39,703 nt of DNA from a virus (IMGVR_UViG_3300030450_003652:1-39703); one strand, 5' to 3'. Positions 9,828 through 19,107 are shown, counted from the stretch's first letter. Translations and numbers: made by a program. The notes: generated by a model from the letters alone, not told the origin.

Positions 9828-10415
9828 ATGAGATCTATCCACAATTATATTATATCCACTCAAAACAGATACAATAATAAAATTAATATTAATAAAAAAG
9901 AATTAATATTAAATACAGAAATTAATGAAAGAGATCATATTTTTGTAAATAGAATTGCAACTGTTAAGTCTATACCTTTAGATATAAAATCCCCTATTCA
10001 AATAGGAGATGAAATTATTGTGCATCACAATGTATTTAGAAAATGGATTGATGTTAGAGGTGAAGAACAAAATTCTCGTAATTTTTTAAGTGAAGATACA
10101 TATTTTGTAGCTCCAGATCAAGTATTTGCGTATAAAAATAATGATGAATGGAAAGCTACTGATGGTTATTGTTTTGTAAAGCCAATTTATAAAGATGATA
10201 AATGGGCTCTTAAAACAGACGAAAATTTAAAAGGTGAGTTAATATATAGTGATAGTAATTTGGATGCTTTAAACGTGCTCTGTGGAGACGTAGTGGGCTT
10301 TACACCAGATTCTGAGTACGAATTCACTATAGAAAATCAAAAATTGTACCGTATTTTATCAAATCATATAACAATTAATTATGGATCGCAGAGAAAAAGT
10401 AATTTCAGCAGCTGA
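9828..10415 (+). CDS. GroES-like (co-chaperonin) protein, apparently two tandem GroES-like units
   Basis: ATVKSIP...IQIGDEIIVH and CFVKP...GELIY...GDVVGF...EFTIENQKLY both resemble the GroES G-x-V...V-x-x-GD-x-V pattern. Confidence 0.6.
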   Translation: MRSIHNYIISTQNRYNNKININKKELILNTEINERDHIFVNRIATVKSIPLDIKSPIQIGDEIIVHHNVFRKWIDVRGEEQNSRNFLSEDTYFVAPDQVFAYKNNDEWKATDGYCFVKPIYKDDKWALKTDENLKGELIYSDSNLDALNVLCGDVVGFTPDSEYEFTIENQKLYRILSNHITINYGSQRKSNFSS

Positions 10416-10626
10416 TAAAGCTCTAATAGAACTTGAAAAAGTTATTAGACAAACAATAGATTTAGTTGAATTAGACCCAGAAAAAGCTAAAACAGCAGCT
10501 CAAGCAAAATGGGTGGCTATTGAAGATTCTTTAAAAATTATAGAAAAAATTGAAGAATTATCAGATAAAAAAGAAAACAAAAAAGAAAATAAAACTTTTT
10601 TGGGAGTAGAAAATAGAATAAAATAA
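10381..10626 (+). CDS. Putative terminase small subunit
   Basis: 81 aa helical, charged protein; stop overlaps the terL start (TAATG); assignment is positional. Confidence 0.45.
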   Translation: MDRREKVISAADKALIELEKVIRQTIDLVELDPEKAKTAAQAKWVAIEDSLKIIEKIEELSDKKENKKENKTFLGVENRIK

Positions 10627-12863
10627 TGTATAAACAAACGTTATATAAGGTTCTAACCGATCATTTATCTAATAAAACAGTAAAGAATTGGAATAGACAT
10701 AAAAAATTTACTCAGGGCTATAATGAAGACTTAGATTGTGTTATAATTAGTAAAGATGGTACATTAGGAGAAATATATGAGATTCAAGGTCTTAAGGTAG
10801 GATTACCTCAAACTCCAAAAATTATTGATGGTAAAGATTTAAAAAAATCTGATCAATATTTTAAAAAATTGGAAAAACCACAATCTCTTAAAAGAATAAA
10901 AACAATATATGATTTTCAAAGTTATCCAGAAAAAATTAAAGATCAATATTATGAATATATTGATAGGGAGTTTAATTATAGGAATGACGGGTATTGGTTC
11001 ATGTGCAACGGCGAACCATGTTACATTACAGGATCGCACTATATCTATCTCAACTGGACCAAAATCGACGTGGGATCACCGGACTTTAGACAAGCAAATA
11101 GAATTTTTTTCTACTTTTGGGAAGCGTGCAAATTGGATAGAAGATGTTACGGAATGTGCTATCTTAAGAATAGACGGTCTGGCTTTAGCTTCATGGCATC
11201 AGCTGAATGTGTCAACCAGGCTACAACTTCAAAGGATTCTAGGTTTGGGATCTTATCTAAGACTGGAGCAGATGCTAAGAAGATGTTCACAGATAAGGTT
11301 GTACCGATCTCAACTAATTATCCCTTTTTCTTTAAGCCAATACAAGATGGTATGGAAAGACCCAAAACGGAATTATCCTATAAAGTTCCCTCGAGAAGAC
11401 TCACGAGAAACACCATTAAATTTACCTCCGCGGGAGAAGCCGAGGAGATACAAGAAGGATTGGATACAACCATCGATTGGAAAAATACCGGGGACAACTC
11501 GTACGATGGGGAGAAGTTACAACTCCTCGTTCATGACGAATCGGGTAAATGGGAACGTCCCGACAATATCCTCAACAACTGGAGGGTCACAAAAACGTGC
11601 CTCAGGCTCGGATCCAAAATAGTTGGTAAATGCATGATGGGATCCACTTCTAATGCTTTAGAAAAAGGAGGGGATAATTTTAAAAAACTTTATTATAATT
11701 CAGATGTCACAAATAGAAATCGCAATGGCCAGACTACAAGTGGATTATATGCTTTGTTCATACCTATGGAGTGGGGATTCGAAGGGTTTATCGATAAGTA
11801 TGGGTTCCCTGTATTCAATACACCACCAAAACCGGTTGAGGGAATTGATGGTGAATACATCTCTACGGGAGTCATTGACCACTGGGAAAACGAAGTTGAA
11901 GGTTTAAAAAAAGACTCAGATGCTTTAAATGAATATTATAGGCAATTTCCAAGATCGGAAAAACATGCATTTAGAGATGAGACTTTTAATTCTTTGTTCA
12001 ATTTAACTAAAATTTATGAACAAATTGATTTTAATGAAGAAATGACTAAAAAAGGTCATATAGTTAAAGGAAATTTTGGCTGGAGGAATGGTATAAAAGA
12101 TAGTAAAGTAATTTGGCAACCAAATATTAAAGGAAGATTTTTACTTTCTTGGATACCACCAGATAATTTACAAAACAATATAATAAATAAAAATGGTATA
12201 AGCTATCCGGGTAATGATGGATTAGGAGCATTTGGATGTGACCCTTATGATATTTCAGGAACAGTAGGTGGAGGTGGTTCTAAAGGGGCTTTACATGGAT
12301 TAACAACATTTTCAATGGACCCTAGTGTGCCCAGTACTAAATTCTTTTTAGAATATATAGCAAGACCGCAAACTGCAGAAATATTTTTTGAAGATGTATT
12401 AATGGCATGTGTATTTTACGGAATGCCATTATTAGCAGAAAACAATAAACCTAGATTGTTGTATCATTTTAAAAGAAGAGGTTATAGGGGATTTTCAATG
12501 AATCGCCCTGACAAATTAAGATCTAAATTGTCAAAAACCGAATTAGAATTAGGGGGTATACCAAATACCTCAGAAGATATAAAACAAGCTCATGCGGCAG
12601 CAATAGAATCTTACATAGAAGAATATGTAGGTAAAATAAGAGAAAATCATGGTAATATGTTTTTCCAAAGAACATTAGAAGATTGGGCTAGATTTGATAT
12701 AAATCGAAGAACAGCTCACGATGCATCTATTAGTAGCGGTTTAGCACTAATGGCTTGCAGAAAACATATGTATAGACCAAATATAGAAAGAACAGTAAAA
12801 AAACTTGATTTTATGTTTTCACACTATAATAATGAAGGATCAAGAAGTCAGTTAATAAAATAA
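10626..12863 (+). CDS. terL: Terminase large subunit
   Basis: Walker A-like LKNRRSGFS, Walker B LLVHDESGK, motif III MMGSTSN, RNase H-like GCDPYD and HDASISSG; precedes the portal. Confidence 0.92.
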   Translation: MYKQTLYKVLTDHLSNKTVKNWNRHKKFTQGYNEDLDCVIISKDGTLGEIYEIQGLKVGLPQTPKIIDGKDLKKSDQYFKKLEKPQSLKRIKTIYDFQSYPEKIKDQYYEYIDREFNYRNDGYWFMCNGEPCYITGSHYIYLNWTKIDVGSPDFRQANRIFFYFWEACKLDRRCYGMCYLKNRRSGFSFMASAECVNQATTSKDSRFGILSKTGADAKKMFTDKVVPISTNYPFFFKPIQDGMERPKTELSYKVPSRRLTRNTIKFTSAGEAEEIQEGLDTTIDWKNTGDNSYDGEKLQLLVHDESGKWERPDNILNNWRVTKTCLRLGSKIVGKCMMGSTSNALEKGGDNFKKLYYNSDVTNRNRNGQTTSGLYALFIPMEWGFEGFIDKYGFPVFNTPPKPVEGIDGEYISTGVIDHWENEVEGLKKDSDALNEYYRQFPRSEKHAFRDETFNSLFNLTKIYEQIDFNEEMTKKGHIVKGNFGWRNGIKDSKVIWQPNIKGRFLLSWIPPDNLQNNIINKNGISYPGNDGLGAFGCDPYDISGTVGGGGSKGALHGLTTFSMDPSVPSTKFFLEYIARPQTAEIFFEDVLMACVFYGMPLLAENNKPRLLYHFKRRGYRGFSMNRPDKLRSKLSKTELELGGIPNTSEDIKQAHAAAIESYIEEYVGKIRENHGNMFFQRTLEDWARFDINRRTAHDASISSGLALMACRKHMYRPNIERTVKKLDFMFSHYNNEGSRSQLIK
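10909..11622 (+). CDS. Candidate overprinted gene (+1 frame of terL), lipoprotein-like
   Basis: 237 stop-free codons in the +1 frame; basic N-region, hydrophobic stretch and IGS-C lipobox (Cys codon 11002-11004); terL synonymous codons turn C/G-ending across this span. Confidence 0.6.
   Translation: MIFKVIQKKLKINIMNILIGSLIIGMTGIGSCATANHVTLQDRTISISTGPKSTWDHRTLDKQIEFFSTFGKRANWIEDVTECAILRIDGLALASWHQLNVSTRLQLQRILGLGSYLRLEQMLRRCSQIRLYRSQLIIPFSLSQYKMVWKDPKRNYPIKFPREDSRETPLNLPPREKPRRYKKDWIQPSIGKIPGTTRTMGRSYNSSFMTNRVNGNVPTISSTTGGSQKRASGSDPK
11704..11907 (+). CDS. Second candidate overprinted ORF (+1 frame of terL)
   Basis: 67 aa; frame open from about 11663; GC-elevated synonymous sites at about 11760-11900. 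Confidence 0.35.
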   Translation: MSQIEIAMARLQVDYMLCSYLWSGDSKGLSISMGSLYSIHHQNRLRELMVNTSLRESLTTGKTKLKV

Positions 12864-12865
12864 AT

Positions 12866-15283
12866 ATGGCGACACAAACAACAGGACAATATAGTCAATT
12901 TCCAAGCCAAGCAGTCTCAGATGCTGAAAAGCAGTCTTTAGATTATGGGTTTAGAGTAGCTAAAGCTATTGAGCAAGATTGGTTTAATAGAGATGGTAAT
13001 ATTGGAAGATTTTATCAGTCTGCTAATGAATATCATAACCTTAGATTATACGCAAGAGGTGAACAGGCTATTGGAAAATATAAAGATGAATTTTCAGTTA
13101 ATGGGGATTTATCGTATTTAAATTTAGATTGGAAACCAGTTCCAATTATTCCTAAATTTGTAGATATTGTTGTTAACGGTATGCAAGATAGATTATTTTC
13201 TATTAAAGCTGTTGGTCAAGATCCTATTGCTACAGATAGAAAAACTAAATTTGTAAAAGGAGTTGAAAATGATATAGCTAGTCAAGCCTTATTAGATGTA
13301 ATGGAAGGAGAGTTAGGATCAGCCCCTAGAGCAATTCCTAAAGATCAGCTGCCTTTAAATTCAGAAGAGTTTCAACTATATATGAATTTAAATTATAAAC
13401 AAGGTATTGAAATTGCTGAAGAAGAGGGTATAAATAATGTAATGCTTTCTAATAAATATGATGAAATAAAAAGACGCATAGATTATGATTTAGCAGTATT
13501 AGGTATTGGAGCAGGTAAATGTACATTTAATAATACGGATGGTATAAAGCTTGATTATGTAGATCCTGCTAATTTAATATGGTCTTATACAGAAGATCCT
13601 AATTTTAATGATTGTTATTATTTTGGAGAAGTTAAAAGAGTTAAACTTAATGAACTTAAAAAACAATTTCCTGGAGTAACTAATGAAGAATTCCAAGAAT
13701 TAGCTAAACAAAGTTACGATTGGACATCTTATAATGATTACACTAATGCTTCATGGAATAATGACAATAATATAGTTTCTGTATTGTATTTTAATTGGAA
13801 AACTTGGGAAAATAATGTTTATAAAATAAAAGAAACCTCTACTGGTGCAAGCAAAGCTATTAAAAAAGATGATAATTTTGATCCACCAAAAGATAAAAGA
13901 AATAGGTTTGAAAGAGTGGCTGAAGCTGTAGAAACAGTTTATGAAGGAGTTCTTATATTGGGGACTAATACTATGTTACAATGGGAAAAGGCTTCTAATA
14001 TAGTAAGACCTAATTCTAATACTAATTTAGTATTGATGAATTATGTAGTAAGTGCCCCTAGAATATATAGAGGGGCTATTAATTCATTAGTTGCTAAAAT
14101 GATGCCTTATGCGGATTTAATTCAATTAACGCATTTAAAAATGCAACAAGCAATACAAAAAATGACTCCATCGGGGGTATATTTAGATGCAGACGGGTTA
14201 GCTGAAATTGATTTAGGAAATGGTACAAATTATAATCCACAAGAAGCATTAAATATGTATTTTCAAACGGGATCTATTATTGGTAGATCGTTAACCACAG
14301 AAGGTGATCAAAATTTAGGAAAAATTCCTATTACAGAATTACCTGGTGGCGGTGGGAATCAAATTCAAATTTTAGTTACTGCATACAATCAATATCTTCA
14401 AATGATTAGAGATATAACTGGATTAAATGAAGCAAGAGATGGATCAGATCCAGACCCTAATTCATTAGTAGGTGTTCAAAAATTAGCAGCGGCTAATAGT
14501 AATGTGGCTACAAGACATATACTAGATAGCAGTATGAATATTACTACGCGTTTAGCTCAATGCATCGCGTTAAGATTTAAAGATGCTTTAGAATACCATC
14601 CTACTAAAGAAGCCTTTATTGGAGCATTAGGACCATTTTCAGTAGGATCGTTGGAAGAATTAAAAAATTTACATCTTCATGATTTTGGTATATTCTTAGA
14701 GTTAGAGCCTGATGAAGAAGAAAGAACTTTATTAGAAGCTAATATACAAATGGCTTTATCAAAAGAAAATATATTTTTAGAAGATGCAATTGATGTAAGA
14801 GAAATAAAAAATATACAATTAGCAAATCAACTGCTAAAATTTAGAAGAATTAAAAAACAACAAGTTGATCAGCAACAAGCTCAAGCTGCAAGTGCTGCCC
14901 AAGCAGAAGCACAAGGGCAAGCACAAATTCAAGTGGAAAATGCTAAAGCGCAGGCCGAACAAGTTAAAACTGAATCTAAAATTCAATATAGAAAAGCAGA
15001 TATAGAATTTGAAATTAAAAAGCTTGAAGTTGAGGCAAGATCAAAAAGAGAATTAATGCAGTTTGAATATGATTTAAATGTTAAATTAAAACAATTAGAA
15101 CTGCAAGCTCAAAAAGAGCTAGTAGATAAACAATCAGAAACTCAAAAAGAGGTAGCGAATGTTAAGGCTTCAGTAAGTAGTATTGCTGGGCCACCTGATA
15201 CATCTAAACCTAAAAAATCTTTTGAATCTAAAGGAAATGATGTTTTAGGAGGTATCGATTTATCAAGGTTTGAACCTAGATAA
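12866..15283 (+). CDS. Portal protein
   Basis: 805 aa directly after terL; LDWKPVPIIPKFVDIVVNG, IRDITGLNEARDG, long C-terminal coiled coil; size typical of crAss-related portals. Confidence 0.85.
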   Translation: MATQTTGQYSQFPSQAVSDAEKQSLDYGFRVAKAIEQDWFNRDGNIGRFYQSANEYHNLRLYARGEQAIGKYKDEFSVNGDLSYLNLDWKPVPIIPKFVDIVVNGMQDRLFSIKAVGQDPIATDRKTKFVKGVENDIASQALLDVMEGELGSAPRAIPKDQLPLNSEEFQLYMNLNYKQGIEIAEEEGINNVMLSNKYDEIKRRIDYDLAVLGIGAGKCTFNNTDGIKLDYVDPANLIWSYTEDPNFNDCYYFGEVKRVKLNELKKQFPGVTNEEFQELAKQSYDWTSYNDYTNASWNNDNNIVSVLYFNWKTWENNVYKIKETSTGASKAIKKDDNFDPPKDKRNRFERVAEAVETVYEGVLILGTNTMLQWEKASNIVRPNSNTNLVLMNYVVSAPRIYRGAINSLVAKMMPYADLIQLTHLKMQQAIQKMTPSGVYLDADGLAEIDLGNGTNYNPQEALNMYFQTGSIIGRSLTTEGDQNLGKIPITELPGGGGNQIQILVTAYNQYLQMIRDITGLNEARDGSDPDPNSLVGVQKLAAANSNVATRHILDSSMNITTRLAQCIALRFKDALEYHPTKEAFIGALGPFSVGSLEELKNLHLHDFGIFLELEPDEEERTLLEANIQMALSKENIFLEDAIDVREIKNIQLANQLLKFRRIKKQQVDQQQAQAASAAQAEAQGQAQIQVENAKAQAEQVKTESKIQYRKADIEFEIKKLEVEARSKRELMQFEYDLNVKLKQLELQAQKELVDKQSETQKEVANVKASVSSIAGPPDTSKPKKSFESKGNDVLGGIDLSRFEPR

Positions 15284-15309
15284 AAAAAATTAATTTATTA
15301 TATTATATT

Positions 15310-16659
15310 ATGGAAGAACAACAAACAGAAATTAAAGAAGCTCCAGAAGCTAATGAACCTACACAATCTAAAGAAGCAATTGTATTAGAGGAAGCTGTTA
15401 AAAGCGGTGAGGTAGATAAGGCTTTTGGATTACAAGACGATGGTGTCTATAAAATAAATTTAGATAAGCCACCCACGGAGGTTAAAAAGGAACCTAAAGC
15501 TAAAACAAAAAAAGCAGAACCTAAAGTAGAAAAAGATGCCGTTCAAAAACAAGAAACAAAGGATAGCAATGTGCCTATCGAAAAATCCGAAGACTCGCCA
15601 AGTGTGCAAAAATTGGATAAAGAAATACGGGGATCCGCTAAGGAAGAAAAAGAAACCGTTAAAACCGAGGAAAAAGTATTAGATAAAACAAATGAACCTA
15701 ATACTAATAGTAGTGTTCCAGATTCACCACTTGAATTAATAGCTGAAGAGGAACCTAAAAAAAATGTAAAAACGGAAGAAAAAGAAAAAGAAACTCCAAT
15801 TTTACAAGAAAAAGAAATTAAGGAAGAAAAGGTAGTTCTTCCAGAAAATGTTGATAAACTAGTTAAATTTTTAGAAGATACAGGGGGAACAATTGAAGAT
15901 TATGTAAATTTAAATAGAGATGTTTCTAAAATGGATAATATTAGTTTATTAAGAGAATACTATTCAAAAACAAAACCTCATTTAGATGCAGAAGATATTG
16001 ATTTTTTATTTAATAAAAATTTTGCATATGATGGGGAAGCGGATGATCCGCAAGATATAAAAGCTAAGAAATTAGCTTTTAAAGAGGAATTATTTAATGC
16101 TCAAAATTATTTCACTTCTAATAAGGAAAAGTATTATGCTGATCTTAAGTTAAGAAAGCAAGATACTTTAACACCTGAACAAAATGAAGCAATAGAGTTT
16201 TATAATAATTACAAACAGCAACAACAGGGAGCTGAGGAAAAAGCAAACAATTTTAAAAAGGAAACAGATAAAGTTTTTAACGATAATTTCAAAGGTTTTG
16301 ATTTTAAGGTCGGAGAAAACAAATACCGTTATAAAGTTGAAAATCCTCAAAAAGTTAAAGAATTTCAATCTTCTATTAATAATTGGATAGGGACTCATTT
16401 AGATAATAAAGGTATTATAAAAGATACTGCTTTTTATCATAAATCTTTATTTGCTGCACAAAACGCAGATAAAATAGCTAATCACTTTTATGAGCAAGGC
16501 CGTGCTGATGCTATTAGAGAAAGTGCTAAACAAGCTAAAAATATAAAAATGGACCCTAGATCAGATAATGCCACTGTGCCAAAAACTAATACTTCTGGCA
16601 TACGTGCTGTTTCATCCAATGATGACAATCCCAACAAGTTGCGAATTAAATGGAAATAA
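15310..16659 (+). CDS. Putative capsid scaffolding protein
   Basis: 449 aa, very E/K-rich N-half; TGGTIEDYVNLNRD, IANHFYEQGRADA; lies between portal and major capsid genes. Confidence 0.7.
   Translation: MEEQQTEIKEAPEANEPTQSKEAIVLEEAVKSGEVDKAFGLQDDGVYKINLDKPPTEVKKEPKAKTKKAEPKVEKDAVQKQETKDSNVPIEKSEDSPSVQKLDKEIRGSAKEEKETVKTEEKVLDKTNEPNTNSSVPDSPLELIAEEEPKKNVKTEEKEKETPILQEKEIKEEKVVLPENVDKLVKFLEDTGGTIEDYVNLNRDVSKMDNISLLREYYSKTKPHLDAEDIDFLFNKNFAYDGEADDPQDIKAKKLAFKEELFNAQNYFTSNKEKYYADLKLRKQDTLTPEQNEAIEFYNNYKQQQQGAEEKANNFKKETDKVFNDNFKGFDFKVGENKYRYKVENPQKVKEFQSSINNWIGTHLDNKGIIKDTAFYHKSLFAAQNADKIANHFYEQGRADAIRESAKQAKNIKMDPRSDNATVPKTNTSGIRAVSSNDDNPNKLRIKWK
15536..15682 (+). CDS. Candidate overprinted small basic protein (+1 frame of scaffold gene)
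   Basis: Hand translation MPFKNKKQRIAMCLSKNPKTRQVCKNWIKKYGDPLRKKKKPLKPRKKY* (48 aa); A-rich leader; CpG-rich island limited to this span; resembles recalled MPFKS-x-x-QRR...P...W-x-K-x-Y phage peptides. Confidence 0.6.
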   Translation: MPFKNKKQRIAMCLSKNPKTRQVCKNWIKKYGDPLRKKKKPLKPRKKY

Positions 16660-16682
16660 TAACAACTTAAAATCAAAACAAC

Positions 16683-18194
16683 ATGGCTTTTACAGCTGGG
16701 GTTCCGGCCCCTTTACAACCAACCCAAACTAAAAATATGTATGCTGGGAATTATATAAATTTCACAGATACAAATTTTGCACAATGGGGACAACAATTCT
16801 TACCTGATGTATACGAAAAAGAAGTAGAAAGATATGGAAACAGAACTATCGGTGCTTTCCTTCGTATGGTATCAGCAGAAATGCCTTCTGCGTCTGACCA
16901 AATAATTTGGACTGAACAAGGAAGATTACACACTAGATATACACAGGCTTTACACGTAGCAAATAATGCTGCTACAACAGCTTCTACTGCTAACGCAAGT
17001 ACAGCAGGAGGTGTAACTCAGCACTATTATGTTAATCCTGCTAATCAGCCTTCAAGTTTAGGCTCAACTACGCAAGCAACTACTGAGGTTAACTTCAGAC
17101 TTGGACAAACAGTTATGATCCAAAAAGAAGCAGCTACAGGTAATATTGGAGCAGCAGGAGCACCTGTGGTTAAAGGTATAGTAACATTCGTATCAGCACA
17201 ACACTTTTCTATAAAAAGTTATACAGGAACACCTGCGGTTGCTGCTGGCGATAAATTTACAGTAATAGCTTATGGATCTGAATTTGCAAAAGGAACTTCA
17301 AACTTCACTGGTAAACTTGATCCTAGCTACGCTACTTTTTCTAATTCACCAATTATCTTAAAAGAAAATTACTCTATCAATGGTTCTGACACTGCTCAGA
17401 TCGGTTGGATTGAAGTTACTTCTGAAAATGGAGCTAATGGGTACTTATGGTATATGAAATCAGAGCATGAAAATAGACTTCGTTGGGAAGACTATTTAGA
17501 AATGTCTATGGTTGAAGGTGTTTTACAAAATGGTACTGGTGCTGTTTTAGGATATGGATCAACTCAAACTGCTAAAGGAACTGAAGGTTTCTTCGCATCT
17601 TTAGAAGCAAGAGGAAATGTATATTCTGGATTTGGAGCACAAGCTGCCGGTGGTGGTGCACTTACTGACTTTGATGCTGTACTTAAACAATTAGATAAGC
17701 AAGGGGCTATCGAAGAAAATATGCTTTTCTTAAATAGAAACCTTTCTTTAGAAATTGATGATATCCTAGCTCAACAAAATGGAGCTTATGCTGGTGGTAC
17801 TTCTTTTGGAGTATTTAATAACAGTGAGGATATGGCGCTTAATTTAGGATTTACTGGTTATAGAAGAGGTTCTTATGACTTCTATAAAACTGACTGGAAA
17901 TATCTTAATGATTGGTCAACAAGAGGTGGTTTTGGAGATATCGAAGGAGTATTAATTCCTGCAGGTACTTCAACTGTATATGATCAGCAATTAGGTCAAA
18001 ATATTAAAAGACCTTTCTTACATGTTCGATACAGAGCTTCTGAAGTTGATAACAGAAAAAATAAATCTTGGATCACTGGATCTGTAGGTGGAGCTGTTAC
18101 AACTGATGTTGATGAAATGAGAATCAATTACTTAAGTGAAAGATGTCTTATTACACAAGCGGCTAATAATTTCGTATTATTTAAAGACGCGTAA
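16683..18194 (+). CDS. Major capsid protein
   Basis: 503 aa; QQFLPDVYEKEVERYGNRT, DQIIWTEQGRLH, LNLGFTGYRRGSYDFYKTDWKYLND, YLSERCL; high-expression-like codon bias; followed by a strong hairpin. Confidence 0.88.
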   Translation: MAFTAGVPAPLQPTQTKNMYAGNYINFTDTNFAQWGQQFLPDVYEKEVERYGNRTIGAFLRMVSAEMPSASDQIIWTEQGRLHTRYTQALHVANNAATTASTANASTAGGVTQHYYVNPANQPSSLGSTTQATTEVNFRLGQTVMIQKEAATGNIGAAGAPVVKGIVTFVSAQHFSIKSYTGTPAVAAGDKFTVIAYGSEFAKGTSNFTGKLDPSYATFSNSPIILKENYSINGSDTAQIGWIEVTSENGANGYLWYMKSEHENRLRWEDYLEMSMVEGVLQNGTGAVLGYGSTQTAKGTEGFFASLEARGNVYSGFGAQAAGGGALTDFDAVLKQLDKQGAIEENMLFLNRNLSLEIDDILAQQNGAYAGGTSFGVFNNSEDMALNLGFTGYRRGSYDFYKTDWKYLNDWSTRGGFGDIEGVLIPAGTSTVYDQQLGQNIKRPFLHVRYRASEVDNRKNKSWITGSVGGAVTTDVDEMRINYLSERCLITQAANNFVLFKDA

Positions 18195-18207
18195 TTTTTT
18201 TATTAAT

Positions 18208-18246
18208 AGAATACAGGCCCTTCGGGGCCTAGTGTTCTTATTTTAT
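18208..18246 (+). terminator. Intrinsic terminator / stabilising hairpin after the capsid gene
   Basis: agaatac-aggccc-TTCG-gggcct-a-gtgttct, cUUCGg tetraloop, followed by T-rich tattttat. Confidence 0.8.
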
Positions 18247-18257
18247 ATTATTTTATC

Positions 18258-19046
18258 ATGACAACAAAAACAAAACAAACTAAAAGTTCTAATATTTCAC
18301 CTAAAGAAAAAAATTGGGAAATTAAAGATAGAACTTATATATTAACAAACGGTAGAGCGCCTATTACTTGGTCAATTCAAACAAGAAATACTCCAAGAAA
18401 ACCTTTATTATGGTTTAATGAAGAAACAGGTGAAACCAGAGAATTAAGATTAACATCAAATCATCCAAGTCTTTTTATAGACGAACAAAAAGGCCCTGCT
18501 TTATTGGAGCATGTTATGTTTGAAGACGGTGTTCTATTTGTTCCAAGAAATAAACAAAATTTACAAAAGTTAATGTCTATATATCATCCTTTAAGTAATG
18601 GAAATTTATGGGAAGAAGTAGATACAGCTAAAGAGGCTAAAGACGAAATTGATTGGATTGAATATGAATTAAAAGCACTTAATTTAGTACAAGAGTTAGA
18701 TATTAGTCATATAGAAGCTATTATGCGTACAGAATTAGGTAGCAGTGTTGGCCAATTATCATCTAAAGAATTAAAAAGAGATGCTTATAATTTTGCTAAA
18801 GGCAATCCTAAATTGTTTATAGAATTAAGTGAAGATGATGATCTTAAATTAAGAAACTTAGCTAATAGAGCGGTTGAAGCAAATATTATTAAACTTACAG
18901 ACGATAATACTGTATTTAAATTTGCTAATGGTAAAAAAATTATGACGGTACCATTTGATCAACATCCGTATGGCGCATTAGCGCAATATTTTAAGACTGA
19001 TGAAGGCTTAGATTTAATGAAATCTATTGCTAAAAAATTAGCTTAA
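18258..19046 (+). CDS. Conserved hypothetical protein of the head/neck module
   Basis: 262 aa, normal codon usage; lies between capsid and ring genes; no recognisable catalytic motif. Confidence 0.6.
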   Translation: MTTKTKQTKSSNISPKEKNWEIKDRTYILTNGRAPITWSIQTRNTPRKPLLWFNEETGETRELRLTSNHPSLFIDEQKGPALLEHVMFEDGVLFVPRNKQNLQKLMSIYHPLSNGNLWEEVDTAKEAKDEIDWIEYELKALNLVQELDISHIEAIMRTELGSSVGQLSSKELKRDAYNFAKGNPKLFIELSEDDDLKLRNLANRAVEANIIKLTDDNTVFKFANGKKIMTVPFDQHPYGALAQYFKTDEGLDLMKSIAKKLA

Positions 19047-19052
19047 TAAAAT

Positions 19053-19082
19053 TAATATAGGGCGAGAGATTGCCCTATATTA
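19053..19082. promoter_or_regulatory. Long intergenic hairpin (terminator-like or RNA processing/stability element)
   Basis: taatatagggcga-GAGA-ttgccctatatta, 13-bp stem (one G-U) with GNRA loop; no + strand U-tract. Confidence 0.6.
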
Positions 19083-19107
19083 CCTAATCAATATTAAAAA
19101 TAAATAA

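Noticed and set aside
11662-11672. AGGAGG Shine-Dalgarno-like motif inside terL
   Set aside because: Explained by the EKGG codons; no ATG at suitable spacing; other genes here lack SD motifs.
10981-11900. GC island in terL as an intron, intein or mobile insertion
   Set aside because: terL reads continuously through Walker A, Walker B and motif III with no extra sequence; only synonymous usage changes.
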